Virus record (IMG/VR): IMGVR_UViG_3300014541_000011
Span: 1-37,810 of that record
Direction: 5' to 3' (one strand)
Source of the DNA: a virus
Length of the DNA stretch: 37,810 bases
The notes below the pieces were generated by a model that was not told where the DNA came from, made no database searches, and worked only from the letters and a program-made list of their open reading frames with translations. This document shows positions 15,843-25,988 of this stretch, piece by piece; position 1 is the stretch's first letter, and the number at the start of each line of letters is the position of its first letter. A program made the position numbers and the translations under genes.

Positions 15843-16652
15843 GTGGAACCTTATATTAAAGCAATGCTTGAGCGGGTGAAAAAGAAAATGCAGGATAGGC
15901 CACCGATGGAGCCGAGGCACCCAGTACCACAAGACGGGATTTATTGCGACAAATGTCGATGCAGCGGCTGGATTGCTGTAACAGAAGCGAACGGCACAGT
16001 AGCTATGGCTCATTGCCCGAAATGCTGGGAGCGGCGGCAGGTCGTAAGACGGCTGAAGCAGTCCGGCATCAATCCCAAGGACTACGAAAAATATACCTTA
16101 GAGTCCTTTGACGGGGATAGATCCGATATGGCGGGCAAGATGAAAGCCATGGCTGGAAAATATCTGAAGGAGCATACCAAAGGCGGTCCAGGCATCGGAA
16201 TCTTTGGCCGCTCTGGAATGGGCAAGACGCACATTTGCATTGCTGTGTGCCAAGAGCTCACGAGAACATGCGGTGAACCGCACTACTATTTCTCGTACAG
16301 ATCCGAAATGCCAAACCTTGTCAAGGCATCAAGGAGCTTTGTCGACGACTATGCTGCCGCTATGGAAAAATGGAAGACCTGCCAGAATCTCTACATCGAC
16401 GACCTCTTTAAGCTGGGTGGCAGGGTCGAGAATGGCCGTCTGGTCGACGTCGACAGGGAAGAGTTGAGAATCATCTACGACATCATTAACGCCAGATATT
16501 TAAATCACCTGACGACGATCATCAGCAGCGAATATCGACTCAATGACATCACGGCCTGTGACGAGGCCATCGGAAGCAGGATCTGGGAGATGATTAAGCC
16601 TTACGGCATCTTTGTCGAGGGCGAGAATCAGAGAATGGGAAGGGGAAAATGA
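15843..16652 (+). CDS. DnaC/IstB-like helicase loader ATPase with N-terminal zinc-finger
   Basis: Walker A GRSGMGKTH. N-terminal CDKCRC...CPKC. Confidence 0.75.
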   Translation: MEPYIKAMLERVKKKMQDRPPMEPRHPVPQDGIYCDKCRCSGWIAVTEANGTVAMAHCPKCWERRQVVRRLKQSGINPKDYEKYTLESFDGDRSDMAGKMKAMAGKYLKEHTKGGPGIGIFGRSGMGKTHICIAVCQELTRTCGEPHYYFSYRSEMPNLVKASRSFVDDYAAAMEKWKTCQNLYIDDLFKLGGRVENGRLVDVDREELRIIYDIINARYLNHLTTIISSEYRLNDITACDEAIGSRIWEMIKPYGIFVEGENQRMGRGK

Positions 16653-16791
16653 CGAGAAAGCTTAGAAGAAAGCAATGGCATCAAGCCTTTAGGGTGATGG
16701 GAGCAATGAATAACACCGATTTGATCAACTTGTTTATCGGCCGGCTGTCACTAAAAGCCTTGATATACCTTTTGAAGAAAGGAGCGTAACC

Positions 16792-17232
16792 ATGAATAAA
16801 ATCATCTTGATGGGACGGCTCACCAGGGAGCCAGAAGCGAAAATGACGCCTAACGACAAGCTTTGCACCACCTTCACTTTGGCCGTTGACCGGCCATTTT
16901 CGAGGGGAAAAGACAAAGAAGCGGACTTCATCAACATCGTGACCTGGAATAAGACGGCAGAGGTAGCTGGGAATTATCTCCATAAAGGCCAGCGTGCCCT
17001 CGTCGAAGGACGACTCCAGATTAGATCCTACGACGGGAAGGACGGTCAAAAGCACTGGGTCACGGAGGTTATCGCGGATCACCTTGAATTTGTGGAACCG
17101 AAAGCGGCTAGTGTTCCGTCTGGTCCTATGGATGCATTTGGCTCTGGCGGCGGCCCTGTGAGCCAGCCTGCGCAGCCGCAAGCACCGAAGATTGAGCAGC
17201 AGAATTATTTTAACGAAGAATTTCCATTTTGA
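16792..17232 (+). CDS. ssb: Single-stranded DNA-binding protein
   Basis: OB-fold N-terminus MNKIILMGRLTREPE. Gly/Gln-rich linker. Acidic C-terminal EEFPF tail. Confidence 0.85.
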   Translation: MNKIILMGRLTREPEAKMTPNDKLCTTFTLAVDRPFSRGKDKEADFINIVTWNKTAEVAGNYLHKGQRALVEGRLQIRSYDGKDGQKHWVTEVIADHLEFVEPKAASVPSGPMDAFGSGGGPVSQPAQPQAPKIEQQNYFNEEFPF

Positions 17233-17250
17233 CGAAAGAAGGCATGAAGA

Positions 17251-17559
17251 GTGAGAATTGCAACGAAGAAGCAGCCGGAATCAGTTATCCTGCAGGCAGT
17301 CAGAAATGCGCTTGTGATTGACGGCTACGATGTGACCAGGCACCAGCAGGGGCTTGGATGCAGAAGGGGGTTCCCGGATTTAACGGCCCTGAAGGATGGA
17401 AAGACGCTTTACATCGAAATTAAGACGGCGACTGGCAAGCAATCACAATGGCAGGTTGAATTTCAGCGTGAATGTGAAGCGCATGGTGGGACTTACATTT
17501 TGGCAAGATCGGTTGATGACATTAAGCCCTGGCTGACGAGGGTTAGGGCGCTGTTTTGA
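17251..17559 (+). CDS. VRR-NUC domain nuclease (GTG start)
   Basis: D...EIK...QWQ motif pattern (DLTAL...LYIEIKTATGKQSQWQVEF). Confidence 0.6.
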   Translation: MRIATKKQPESVILQAVRNALVIDGYDVTRHQQGLGCRRGFPDLTALKDGKTLYIEIKTATGKQSQWQVEFQRECEAHGGTYILARSVDDIKPWLTRVRALF

Positions 17560-17580
17560 GCTGCAAAAGGAGAAAGCATA

Positions 17581-18042
17581 ATGGACATTGCAGACATTTC
17601 GAGGGTTGAGATTAAGGGTGCGTTTCTTTGCGTTTGGTTCATCCGGCAAAACAAAAACGGAAGTATAGATGAATGCACGATTAAGTATTCCAGTAAACCG
17701 CATCCGGACTTTGAAAAGGCTTGGAATAAAGTCAGAGATGCAGTCGTGGCCATGATTCCGGGTTGGAAAATGGTAAGCCTAGGCCTTGAATCTATTAAAA
17801 GAGTAGTATCAAAAGAATCTGTGAGATACGCAGCAAAATTGAAGGTCTTCCCGCAAGAGGAGCCGCACTACTGCGATGCATCTTTAATCCTTAAAGACAT
17901 GGGAGAGACGATGGAGCTATGCAATGCCGTAAATCAACTCTGGCACGAAGTCAATGCCTATATCCGAGGCAAACAGGCGCAAACCGTGCTGCAATTTGAA
18001 GGACCGAAAGAAGACCAGGAAGCTGCAAGGGAAGTTAGATGA
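17581..18042 (+). CDS. Hypothetical protein
   Basis: ORF with RBS. Confidence 0.4.
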   Translation: MDIADISRVEIKGAFLCVWFIRQNKNGSIDECTIKYSSKPHPDFEKAWNKVRDAVVAMIPGWKMVSLGLESIKRVVSKESVRYAAKLKVFPQEEPHYCDASLILKDMGETMELCNAVNQLWHEVNAYIRGKQAQTVLQFEGPKEDQEAAREVR

Positions 18043-18093
18043 CGGGGAGAGGTTAATAGAATCGCTGGCAAGCAGAATTAGGAGGAATAAACA

Positions 18094-18354
18094 ATGAATC
18101 AAAAAGAATGTTATGAATATTGTCAAGGACTGGCGGCTGCATTGAACGATATGGGGGGAGAAATCGAGGAAGTTCTCATGGAGATTTATTCCATGGCCAT
18201 CCAAGCGCACAGCGTGCCAAAGCCGGGAAAGATTGACTGCAGCGAAGACGTGCGGTACGGGCTCAAAGAGTTTCGAAAGTCATTAAAAAGACAGCACAAT
18301 ACGTGGAAGTCCGTGATTGAACAGATGGAACTCTTGATTAAGGCTCTCGACTAA
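18094..18354 (+). CDS. Hypothetical protein
   Basis: ORF with GGAGG RBS. Confidence 0.4.
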   Translation: MNQKECYEYCQGLAAALNDMGGEIEEVLMEIYSMAIQAHSVPKPGKIDCSEDVRYGLKEFRKSLKRQHNTWKSVIEQMELLIKALD

Positions 18355-18791
18355 TGACAGGACGGGATTTTTTAAAAAGTTTGAGAGAAGACAACTTCGC
18401 GCTCAAGTCCTTGGAAGATCGGATTGTTGAGCTGAGAAATAACCTCTACCGCGTTAAGACAATCAATTACTCCAAGGACCGAGTCGATGGCGGCGTGCCG
18501 TCAGATATCGCAGACCGAATCGGCATGATCCAGTCCTTGGTCGATGAGGCTAATGATAGGTGGGATTCGCTGATAAAGAAAAAGAGAATGGCACTTTCTA
18601 TCATCTTCGAAATCAAGGATGGGCGCTATCAAGCTATCCTGGAGGAGCGCTATATCAATATGAGGTCGTGGAGCTTCATCGCGCGGCGAATCGGCTATGA
18701 GGAGAGCCAGACCTATCTGCTCCACAAAAAAGGACTCAATGTCTTTGATAGGATTTTTGATGAGAGAGAAAAATTGCGTAGTGAATCGTAG
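18354..18791 (+). CDS. ArpU/RinA-family late transcriptional activator
   Basis: Size, position immediately upstream of HNH/terminase, and a sigma-region-4-like C-terminus. Confidence 0.5.
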   Translation: MTGRDFLKSLREDNFALKSLEDRIVELRNNLYRVKTINYSKDRVDGGVPSDIADRIGMIQSLVDEANDRWDSLIKKKRMALSIIFEIKDGRYQAILEERYINMRSWSFIARRIGYEESQTYLLHKKGLNVFDRIFDEREKLRSES

Positions 18792-18892
18792 TAGTCTCTC
18801 GTGATATCATTAAGCTGTGGAATTGAGATACAAAACGACCATCGTCCCTGTTTCTCATGATGTTCACCTCCTTTCTAAGACTAGCGTACCGA

Positions 18893-18925
18893 AAACGGCC
18901 CTCGCATTTGCGGGGGCTTTTTTCG
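18893..18925 (+). terminator. Rho-independent terminator (CCCTCGC-attt-GCGGGGG then TTTTTT)
   Basis: GC stem plus T6, upstream of the packaging operon. Confidence 0.55.
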
Positions 18926-18964
18926 TGGAGGGATTTTTTAGAAAGGATTTTTTGGGAAAAGAAA

Positions 18965-19285
18965 ATGGCAAGAGATTTTTCAAAACGGTTTTATGATTCA
19001 AAAGCATGGAAGGATTTAGCAAAGCTTATACGAGAGAAGAAATATTTTATTTGCGATAAATGCGGAAGACCTGGAGCGCATCAGGTCCATCACATCATTG
19101 AGCTGACACCGGAAAACATCAACAACCCCAGCATCAGCCTTAATCCACGCAATCTGATGCTGCTTTGCAACGACTGCCACAACCGGCTGCACCATCGCTT
19201 CGAGCAGGGAGCCAGCAGCAGGACCTACAGCTACGACAGCGAGGGACACGTGGTGGCTGTCCGGGAAAAGGAAAGGCGGCGCTGA
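18965..19285 (+). CDS. HNH endonuclease
   Basis: CDKCG...HHII...N...LLCNDCHN motif. Confidence 0.8.
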   Translation: MARDFSKRFYDSKAWKDLAKLIREKKYFICDKCGRPGAHQVHHIIELTPENINNPSISLNPRNLMLLCNDCHNRLHHRFEQGASSRTYSYDSEGHVVAVREKERRR

Positions 19286-19400
19286 CCCACCCCCCGGGGG
19301 TAGTTTTTTCGACGGGAGCCAAACGACCCGGCCCCACTCTTGCGTGCGATACAGGCTGTTTCCAGAGGGGGTGTGACCAACGTGAAAGGAGGCGAAATGG

Positions 19401-19739
19401 ATGGCGGATGAAAAAACAAGGCGAGGAGCCCAAACACGGTACATCAACCAGCTGAAGAAAATCTTCAGCGGCTCCCCGAGAGAAGCAGAAGCGTTGCTCC
19501 TCATCAAAAGAGCAGCGTTTTTCCTAGCATCTCTGGATGAGCTGGAGCACATCATCCAGAAAGAAGGGTATGTCGATACCTACAAGAACGGACGGAATCA
19601 ATCCGGCACGATGGCATCGGCATCACTCAAAGCATACAAACTGTCCATGGATGGCCTCCTGGCCACACTGAAGAAGCTGGAAGATATCGCTCCGAACCAG
19701 GAAGGAGCAGATGAGCTGAAAGCCTTCCTGAACAAATGA
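19401..19739 (+). CDS. terS: Terminase small subunit (P27 family)
   Basis: AGGAGG RBS. Sequence typical of P27-family TerS. ATGA overlap with TerL. Confidence 0.75.
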   Translation: MADEKTRRGAQTRYINQLKKIFSGSPREAEALLLIKRAAFFLASLDELEHIIQKEGYVDTYKNGRNQSGTMASASLKAYKLSMDGLLATLKKLEDIAPNQEGADELKAFLNK

Positions 19740-21394
19740 CATCCGCAATTGAGGAATACAATGATGTGCTCCAATCAGGAAAGATCAAGGCCTGCAAAAA
19801 GTTAAGAGCAGTCTACCAACATTTGACAAAGAACATCCAGCATCCTGGAAAATTCCATTTTGACCAAAAGGCAGCTGACAGAGCTGTGACATTTATCGAG
19901 ACATTCTGCTGCATTCCAAAGATGCGGGGGACTCCTCGATTTAAACTGGAACTGTGGCAAAAAGCCCTGGTGGAAGCAACGTTCGGCTTCGTCGATGACC
20001 AGAACCTCCGGCAATACCGAGAGGTTTTTCTTTTTATCGGTCGAAAGAACGCAAAATCAATCCTGGGCGCAGCTATGGCACTTTATCTGCTGCTGGCTGA
20101 TGGCGAAGATGGACCGGAAATTTATACGGCAGCGACGGACAGATCCCAGGCGAAAGTGGTCTGGGAATACGCCATTTCGATGATTAACCATGATGCCAGC
20201 TTGAAAAAATACCTCCGGCCCAAGGTCAATCTGATTGAATGCAAGGAAAACGGTGGAAAATTCGTCCCGCTGTCAAAGAATTCCGGCTCCCTGGATGGGT
20301 TGAACGTCTCTGGAATGTTCCTGGATGAACTTCATGCCATCAAGGACCGGAACATGTACGACGTTTTGAAGGGCGGCACCTACGCACGGAGCCAGCCATT
20401 AACCGTGATCATGTCAACAGGCGGCTACTACGAGCAGGACAGCCTTTTCGACACAAAGTACAGCGAATACATGAGCATTATCGACGGCTACAGCACCGGC
20501 AGATATGTCGACGAGTCAACCCTCCCGATCATCTACGAGCTGGATTCCAAGGAAGAAGTCGTGGATCCGTCCAACTGGATCAAAGCGAACCCGAACCTGG
20601 GCGTCAGCAAGAATCCGGAGCAGCTGGAGCGGGAATTCAACCGTGCCACACTGGACGAAAAGACCATGAGGGACCTGCTGGTGAAGCAGTTCAACTTCCG
20701 GGAAAACGCCCGGGATACCTTCTTCAATCTGGAAGACGTGGAAAACAAAGAGACTTTCAACCTGGATGATCTCTCAGGCATGTATTTCTTTGGCGGTGTC
20801 GACCTGTCCGAGACCACTGACCTCACATGTGCGACCGCTGCCTTCCCAGTGAATGATCCGGAGACGGATGAACCCAAGCTGATGGTTCATCAGATGTATT
20901 GGATCCCCGAAGATACCCTTCAGGAACATATTGAAAAGGATAAAGTGCCCTACGACGTTTGGATCCGCAACGGATGGGTACGAACGTGCCCAGGGAACGT
21001 TATTGATCAAAAAGACGTCGTCAACTGGTTCCAGGAACTTCAGGAGGAACACAATGTATACGCCTATAAAATAGGCTACGATGCCTACAACGCCCAGTAC
21101 TTGACCAAAGACCTGGAAGAAAACTTCGGGAAGGATCTAACAGAAAAAGTCCAGCAGAACTTCAAGGGCCTTTCGTCCCAGATGTACCTTTCCAAAGCCT
21201 GGTTCAAAAAGCGGAAAATCGTGTACAACTACAATCCGGTCTTGCTGTGGTGCTTGCTCAATACAGAGGCAGTCACAGACACACAGGGCAACGTCAAACC
21301 GTATAAAAACAGAAATTTAAGGAAACGCATCGATGGCTACAGCAGCCTTCTGGATGCGTTTTGTGTTTATCTTGACCACAAGGACGAAATCTAG
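19736..21394 (+). CDS. terL: Terminase large subunit
   Basis: 552 aa with an ATPase N-domain and nuclease C-domain layout. Position after TerS. Confidence 0.9.
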   Translation: MTSAIEEYNDVLQSGKIKACKKLRAVYQHLTKNIQHPGKFHFDQKAADRAVTFIETFCCIPKMRGTPRFKLELWQKALVEATFGFVDDQNLRQYREVFLFIGRKNAKSILGAAMALYLLLADGEDGPEIYTAATDRSQAKVVWEYAISMINHDASLKKYLRPKVNLIECKENGGKFVPLSKNSGSLDGLNVSGMFLDELHAIKDRNMYDVLKGGTYARSQPLTVIMSTGGYYEQDSLFDTKYSEYMSIIDGYSTGRYVDESTLPIIYELDSKEEVVDPSNWIKANPNLGVSKNPEQLEREFNRATLDEKTMRDLLVKQFNFRENARDTFFNLEDVENKETFNLDDLSGMYFFGGVDLSETTDLTCATAAFPVNDPETDEPKLMVHQMYWIPEDTLQEHIEKDKVPYDVWIRNGWVRTCPGNVIDQKDVVNWFQELQEEHNVYAYKIGYDAYNAQYLTKDLEENFGKDLTEKVQQNFKGLSSQMYLSKAWFKKRKIVYNYNPVLLWCLLNTEAVTDTQGNVKPYKNRNLRKRIDGYSSLLDAFCVYLDHKDEI

Positions 21395-21409
21395 GAAGGA
21401 GGTGAGACT

Positions 21410-22657
21410 ATGAAAGGAATCCTGAGAAGCGCCTTTGATGCCGTATTCGGAGGGACAAAAGAGCCAAAGACCACTACATTCCAGATGATCAATGGATGGA
21501 GTAACTTCTTCGTCCCAATGGAAGACTACAGCAAGGACATCCTGATCAAGACCTGCATCGACCGTGTAGCTACTCATGTGGCGAAGCTGCATCCAAACCA
21601 TGTAGTAATGGAGCAGGGAAAGAAGCAACCGGCGAACAATATCCAGCTTCAAACGCTGCTGGCCATTTCTCCGAACCCGTACATGAATGCTTACAGCTTC
21701 CTGTATAACCTAGCGACGAAGGCTGTGGCAAACAAAAACGCCTTCGCCTACATCAAGAGGGATCGGCAGCGGAATGTCATCAGCCTGTGGCCTATGGAAT
21801 ACCAGAGCTGTGAAGCCCGGGAAGACGATCATGGGAACCTCTACATCATGTTCCGATATGGCGGAACTAATTCCACCAGGACCATTCCATACACGGATCT
21901 GATCCATCTCCGGAGCATGTTCCAACAGGGGGAAATTTTTGCCGACACCGACGATAACCTGGCCACCCACATGGCCCTGCTGACTAAGCTGGGACAGAGC
22001 TTTGAAAATGTAGTGGAAAATTCTGGGCGAATCCGTGGCATCGCTAAAATCGCCGGTCAGGCAGGGACGGAAGCCTGGAAAAGCAAGGCCAAAATGCTCA
22101 ACGAGAATCTGAAGGACCCGGCCCAGGGCGGAATGGTGGTCACTGACGGCACTATGGAATTTACCCCTGTGGATAGCGAACCGAAGGCGGCCGATACAGC
22201 CCAGCTGGAATTCGTCCGGGACAACATCTATCGCTACTTTGGCGTATCCAAACCCATCGCTGAGGGAATCTACGATGAAACGTCCTGGAGCGCATTCTTC
22301 GAGTCCGTCATTGAGCCGTTCTCCATCCAGATGAGCCAGGAATTTACCCGGAAGCTCTTCACTCCGGATGAGATTGCCGCTGGGAATGAAATCGTGTTCG
22401 ACGCCAACAGGCTGACCTACGCCAGCACGGATACAAAAGTCGAGCTGATCCGGCAGCTTCGGCCCCTGGGCATTCTGACCACAAACCAGAGCCTGGAAAT
22501 CATGAACCTGCCGCCCATCGCTGACGGCGACGATCGTGTCCAGACGCTGAACGTAGCGAACACGGATATTGTGAGCCAGTATCAGATGAGCCAGGCAGAT
22601 TCCCAGAAGGGAGGTGAGAAGGATGAACAAGGACCAACTGATGATCCGGCAGATTGA
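21410..22657 (+). CDS. Portal protein (HK97 family)
   Basis: 415 aa. Position and sequence character. Confidence 0.8.
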   Translation: MKGILRSAFDAVFGGTKEPKTTTFQMINGWSNFFVPMEDYSKDILIKTCIDRVATHVAKLHPNHVVMEQGKKQPANNIQLQTLLAISPNPYMNAYSFLYNLATKAVANKNAFAYIKRDRQRNVISLWPMEYQSCEAREDDHGNLYIMFRYGGTNSTRTIPYTDLIHLRSMFQQGEIFADTDDNLATHMALLTKLGQSFENVVENSGRIRGIAKIAGQAGTEAWKSKAKMLNENLKDPAQGGMVVTDGTMEFTPVDSEPKAADTAQLEFVRDNIYRYFGVSKPIAEGIYDETSWSAFFESVIEPFSIQMSQEFTRKLFTPDEIAAGNEIVFDANRLTYASTDTKVELIRQLRPLGILTTNQSLEIMNLPPIADGDDRVQTLNVANTDIVSQYQMSQADSQKGGEKDEQGPTDDPAD

Positions 22658-23195
22658 TGTCAAACCATCTGATGAAGACATGGTCATCGAGGGCTATGCT
22701 GCCGTCTACGACTCGCCTACAGTCCTATGGACCGATGATGACGGGACAGAGTACAAGGAAGTCATTGAAAGAGGAGCTTTTTCCGGAGCTGACCTGTCCA
22801 ATGTGGTGCTGAGGTATAACCACAGCCCGGAAGGCATGGTCCTGGCAAGGACCACAAACGGCACGCTGCAGGTGACTCCGGACCAGAATGGCTTGAAAAT
22901 CCGGGCAAAACTGGCACCCACAACTGCCGGGAAAGACCTGTATGCCCTGATCAAAAGAGGCGACGTCAACAAAATGAGCTTCGGGGGATATTCCCAGGAG
23001 GTGGACTATGACCTGGAAAACCACATGCGGCACATCAAGACCATGCGGAACCTTTTTGACGTCTCTGCCGTTGACTTTCCTGCCTATGAGGCGACCTCTC
23101 TAGCGGCCGTCCAGCGAAGCTTCGAAGAAGCTAGAAAAACTGAACAAAATCTGATTAAAGAGCGCATGCGGATCCAGATCGCAGCGCTTTTTTAA
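22623..23195 (+). CDS. Prohead protease (HK97/S78 family)
   Basis: Position between portal and capsid. Conserved N-terminal pattern IRQIDVK...EGYAAVY. Confidence 0.75.
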   Translation: MNKDQLMIRQIDVKPSDEDMVIEGYAAVYDSPTVLWTDDDGTEYKEVIERGAFSGADLSNVVLRYNHSPEGMVLARTTNGTLQVTPDQNGLKIRAKLAPTTAGKDLYALIKRGDVNKMSFGGYSQEVDYDLENHMRHIKTMRNLFDVSAVDFPAYEATSLAAVQRSFEEARKTEQNLIKERMRIQIAALF

Positions 23196-23223
23196 TGCCT
23201 AAAAAAGAAAGAGGGAATGCTTA

Positions 23224-24399
23224 ATGACTATCACTGAAATCATCCAGAAAAAAACTGAACTGCTGGAACGCTCCAAAACTGCAACCGTCGAACAGCTGAA
23301 AAACATCCAGAAGGAAATGGAAGGCCTGAACGCTGAACTGAAGAAGGCCCAGGACGATCAGCAGGCAGAAATGCTGAGAAACAGCATCGCAAGACAGATG
23401 GACAACGGTGCTTATGCTGGGAACATCCTGGCTGATATTGGAGCTCCGAAAAAGGCGCCTGTGGTGAATGCGAAAACCTTCGCCAGCACTCCGGAATATC
23501 GCCAGGCCTTTATGGATTACGTCCTGGAAGGGAAGATGGACCCTATGTTCCGGGCTGTAGCGACTACCGCAAACAACGGAGCTGTGATTCCCGTTCCCGT
23601 GCTGAATGAAATCGTCGAAAAGATGATGAAATACGGGAACATCCTTCCCCTGGTTCGTCACCTGAACTATCCTGCCGGTATGACCGTTCCCACCTCCACT
23701 CTGGAAGCCATCGCTAAATGGGTAGACGAAGGGGCAACCATTGCCGCTGACGGGAAAAAGACCACTTCCGTGGCATTCGCCGGTTACCAGCTTGCTGCAG
23801 CTGTCGGCCTGACCTTCCAGGCTCAAATCAAGAGCATGGCCATCTTCGAACAGGCCCTGATCCAGGATGTATCTAAAGCGATGACTCTGGCTCTAGAAGA
23901 AGCCATCATTTCCGGCGACGGCACTGGCAAGCCTACTGGCATCATCAAAGCTACTCCTGCTGCGAAATTGACCACCAAAGCTCCGGATTACAAATTCCTG
24001 ATCAGCATTCTGAAGGCCATTCCTTCCGCATACAAGAGCGGCTCGGTGCTGGTGATGAACGAATCCACCTTCCTGGATTTTGCCGGGATCACCGATACCG
24101 CTGGCCAGCCCATCGCCCATGTGAACTATGGCCTTGACGGAGCTCCTGCTGCACGGATCCTGGGCAAACCGGTTGTCTTCACCGACTTCCTGCCGTCCCT
24201 GGACACCGCCGAAGCCGGGAACACTGTTGCCTTTGCTTTTGACATGAGCAAATACATCCTGAATGTAGCTTATGCCATGGATCTGGTATCCTACATCGAC
24301 AACGCCACCAGAAACCGCATTTATCAAAGCATTGGCCTGTATGACGGCAAAGTTGTTGACGCCAACGGCCTGGTGCTGATCAACAAGGCGGGGGCCTAA
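23224..24399 (+). CDS. Major capsid protein (HK97 fold) with N-terminal coiled-coil delta domain
   Basis: 391 aa. Coiled-coil N-terminus, then capsid core. Confidence 0.8.
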   Translation: MTITEIIQKKTELLERSKTATVEQLKNIQKEMEGLNAELKKAQDDQQAEMLRNSIARQMDNGAYAGNILADIGAPKKAPVVNAKTFASTPEYRQAFMDYVLEGKMDPMFRAVATTANNGAVIPVPVLNEIVEKMMKYGNILPLVRHLNYPAGMTVPTSTLEAIAKWVDEGATIAADGKKTTSVAFAGYQLAAAVGLTFQAQIKSMAIFEQALIQDVSKAMTLALEEAIISGDGTGKPTGIIKATPAAKLTTKAPDYKFLISILKAIPSAYKSGSVLVMNESTFLDFAGITDTAGQPIAHVNYGLDGAPAARILGKPVVFTDFLPSLDTAEAGNTVAFAFDMSKYILNVAYAMDLVSYIDNATRNRIYQSIGLYDGKVVDANGLVLINKAGA

Positions 24400-24431
24400 C
24401 CCTCTCCCGCCTCTTTTGAGGAGGGAAGAGA

Positions 24432-24740
24432 ATGGAACTCAAAGATTTCAAAAACTATCTCCATGTCGACTCTGATCTGACGGACGATGACTCTCTCATC
24501 CAATCCCTGATGACTTCGGCGAAAGAATACATCGTGAACAGCACGGGGAAGGAGTGGACGGAAAACACCGACACTCCTCTGATGCTTACTTGTGCGAAGC
24601 TCCTGGTGGTTCACTGGTACTCCGACCGGGCACTGGTATCAAAGTCCAACGTCCAGGAGTACAACCATAGTATCACGAGTATGCTGCACTTGATCGAAAT
24701 GTCTGATGCATACCCTGAAAAGGCGGTGAGGACGGAATGA
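24432..24740 (+). CDS. Head-tail connector (gp6-like)
   Basis: Size and position. Confidence 0.6.
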   Translation: MELKDFKNYLHVDSDLTDDDSLIQSLMTSAKEYIVNSTGKEWTENTDTPLMLTCAKLLVVHWYSDRALVSKSNVQEYNHSITSMLHLIEMSDAYPEKAVRTE

Positions 24741-25102
24741 TCTGCAATCCCGGGTTACTGAATAGAAAGGTGACCATCTATCGGCCAACGGTAACGGCAG
24801 GGACCGACCTTGACATTCAGACAGATAGAGTGCTGTATTCCAACGTTTCTGCCTGGATCGCTCCTGTCCGGGGCCTTCAGTACAAGGAGGATGGGACCGA
24901 CCGGAACGACGCCACTGTCAAGATCGTGATCCGCTATCGCAAGGGAATCACGGACGGCTGTTGGGTGGGATACAAAAATCATCACTACCTGGTGACTTAC
25001 ATTTCCGACCCGGACATGCAGCATGAATCCCTGGAGCTGATGTGCGTGGAACGGCTTCGTGGCGATCCTCCGGAATCGGTCCAGGATGGATGGGAGCCGT
25101 GA
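24737..25102 (+). CDS. Head closure / head-tail adaptor
   Basis: Size and position. Confidence 0.55.
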   Translation: MICNPGLLNRKVTIYRPTVTAGTDLDIQTDRVLYSNVSAWIAPVRGLQYKEDGTDRNDATVKIVIRYRKGITDGCWVGYKNHHYLVTYISDPDMQHESLELMCVERLRGDPPESVQDGWEP

Positions 25103-25106
25103 TGCT

Positions 25107-25532
25107 ATGGCTGATTTTACGATCAAGGGCATAGAAGAACTAAACACCGACATCCTGGAAGCCGCTCAGCATTACCCGAAAGAGGTTGAAAAGCACCTCA
25201 AAAAGACCGGTGACGTGCTAAAAAAGAAAGCCATCGAGAAAACCCCGGATTCTGGGACCGATCACAAGCGAAAGCTTAGTAAGTCCTGGAAATCGGAAAT
25301 CGAGGGCATGACTGTTGACAGCCTGGAATATCAGCTACGGAACACATCGCCCCACTATCACCTGGTGGAACGGGGACACAAGCTGGTCACCCGGAAGGGA
25401 AAAACCATCGGTTTCGTCCAGGGGCGGCACTTTTTTGAAAAGGCATGTGACGCTTTCAATGCATCCGATGAAGTCGGCAAGGAGATGGATAGATTCATAG
25501 CAGAAATCCAAAGGAAGATTGCTCATGATTGA
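25107..25532 (+). CDS. HK97 gp10-family protein
   Basis: Size and position. Confidence 0.5.
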   Translation: MADFTIKGIEELNTDILEAAQHYPKEVEKHLKKTGDVLKKKAIEKTPDSGTDHKRKLSKSWKSEIEGMTVDSLEYQLRNTSPHYHLVERGHKLVTRKGKTIGFVQGRHFFEKACDAFNASDEVGKEMDRFIAEIQRKIAHD

Positions 25533-25980
25533 CGACACAGATATCCTGAAGGCCGTCAGAGCTCAGCTGAAGGCGGCGTGGCCGGACGTGGACGTGAACC
25601 TGGACGATGTCCAGAGGTCCTTCCGGCTGCCGTGCTTCTTCCTCCGTTTTTTCGAGCTTGACAGCCCTCAAATGGTTTACAGCAGGAGCCTAAAAAGGTC
25701 CTGCACTCTACACATTGATTACTTTACCCAGAAGAACCGGAACTCCGCTATCGAGTTGTACAAGGTACGGAAGCGGCTCCGGGAACTCTTCACATTCGGT
25801 CTCCAGGTTGGCGACAGGGTCTTCAACTTCGATGGCATCTCGACGGAAACAAACGGGAAAGACGCAGATATCCTCTCTGCGACTCTCAGCTTTTCCTTTT
25901 ACGACGTCATCGAGGACGCAGAAGAAGATCCCCCGACCATCGGAAATATCGAACAAGATATTGGACTTTTAAAGGAGTGA
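25519..25980 (+). CDS. Tail completion/terminator-like protein
   Basis: Position before the sheath gene. Confidence 0.4.
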   Translation: MLMIDDTDILKAVRAQLKAAWPDVDVNLDDVQRSFRLPCFFLRFFELDSPQMVYSRSLKRSCTLHIDYFTQKNRNSAIELYKVRKRLRELFTFGLQVGDRVFNFDGISTETNGKDADILSATLSFSFYDVIEDAEEDPPTIGNIEQDIGLLKE

Positions 25981-25988
25981 GAAAATAA

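Noticed and set aside
19288-19306. CCCCCGGGGG palindrome plus T6 after the HNH gene as a terminator
   Set aside because: A perfect palindrome with no loop nucleotides cannot form a stable hairpin. At most a weak 3-4 bp stem. Left uncalled.
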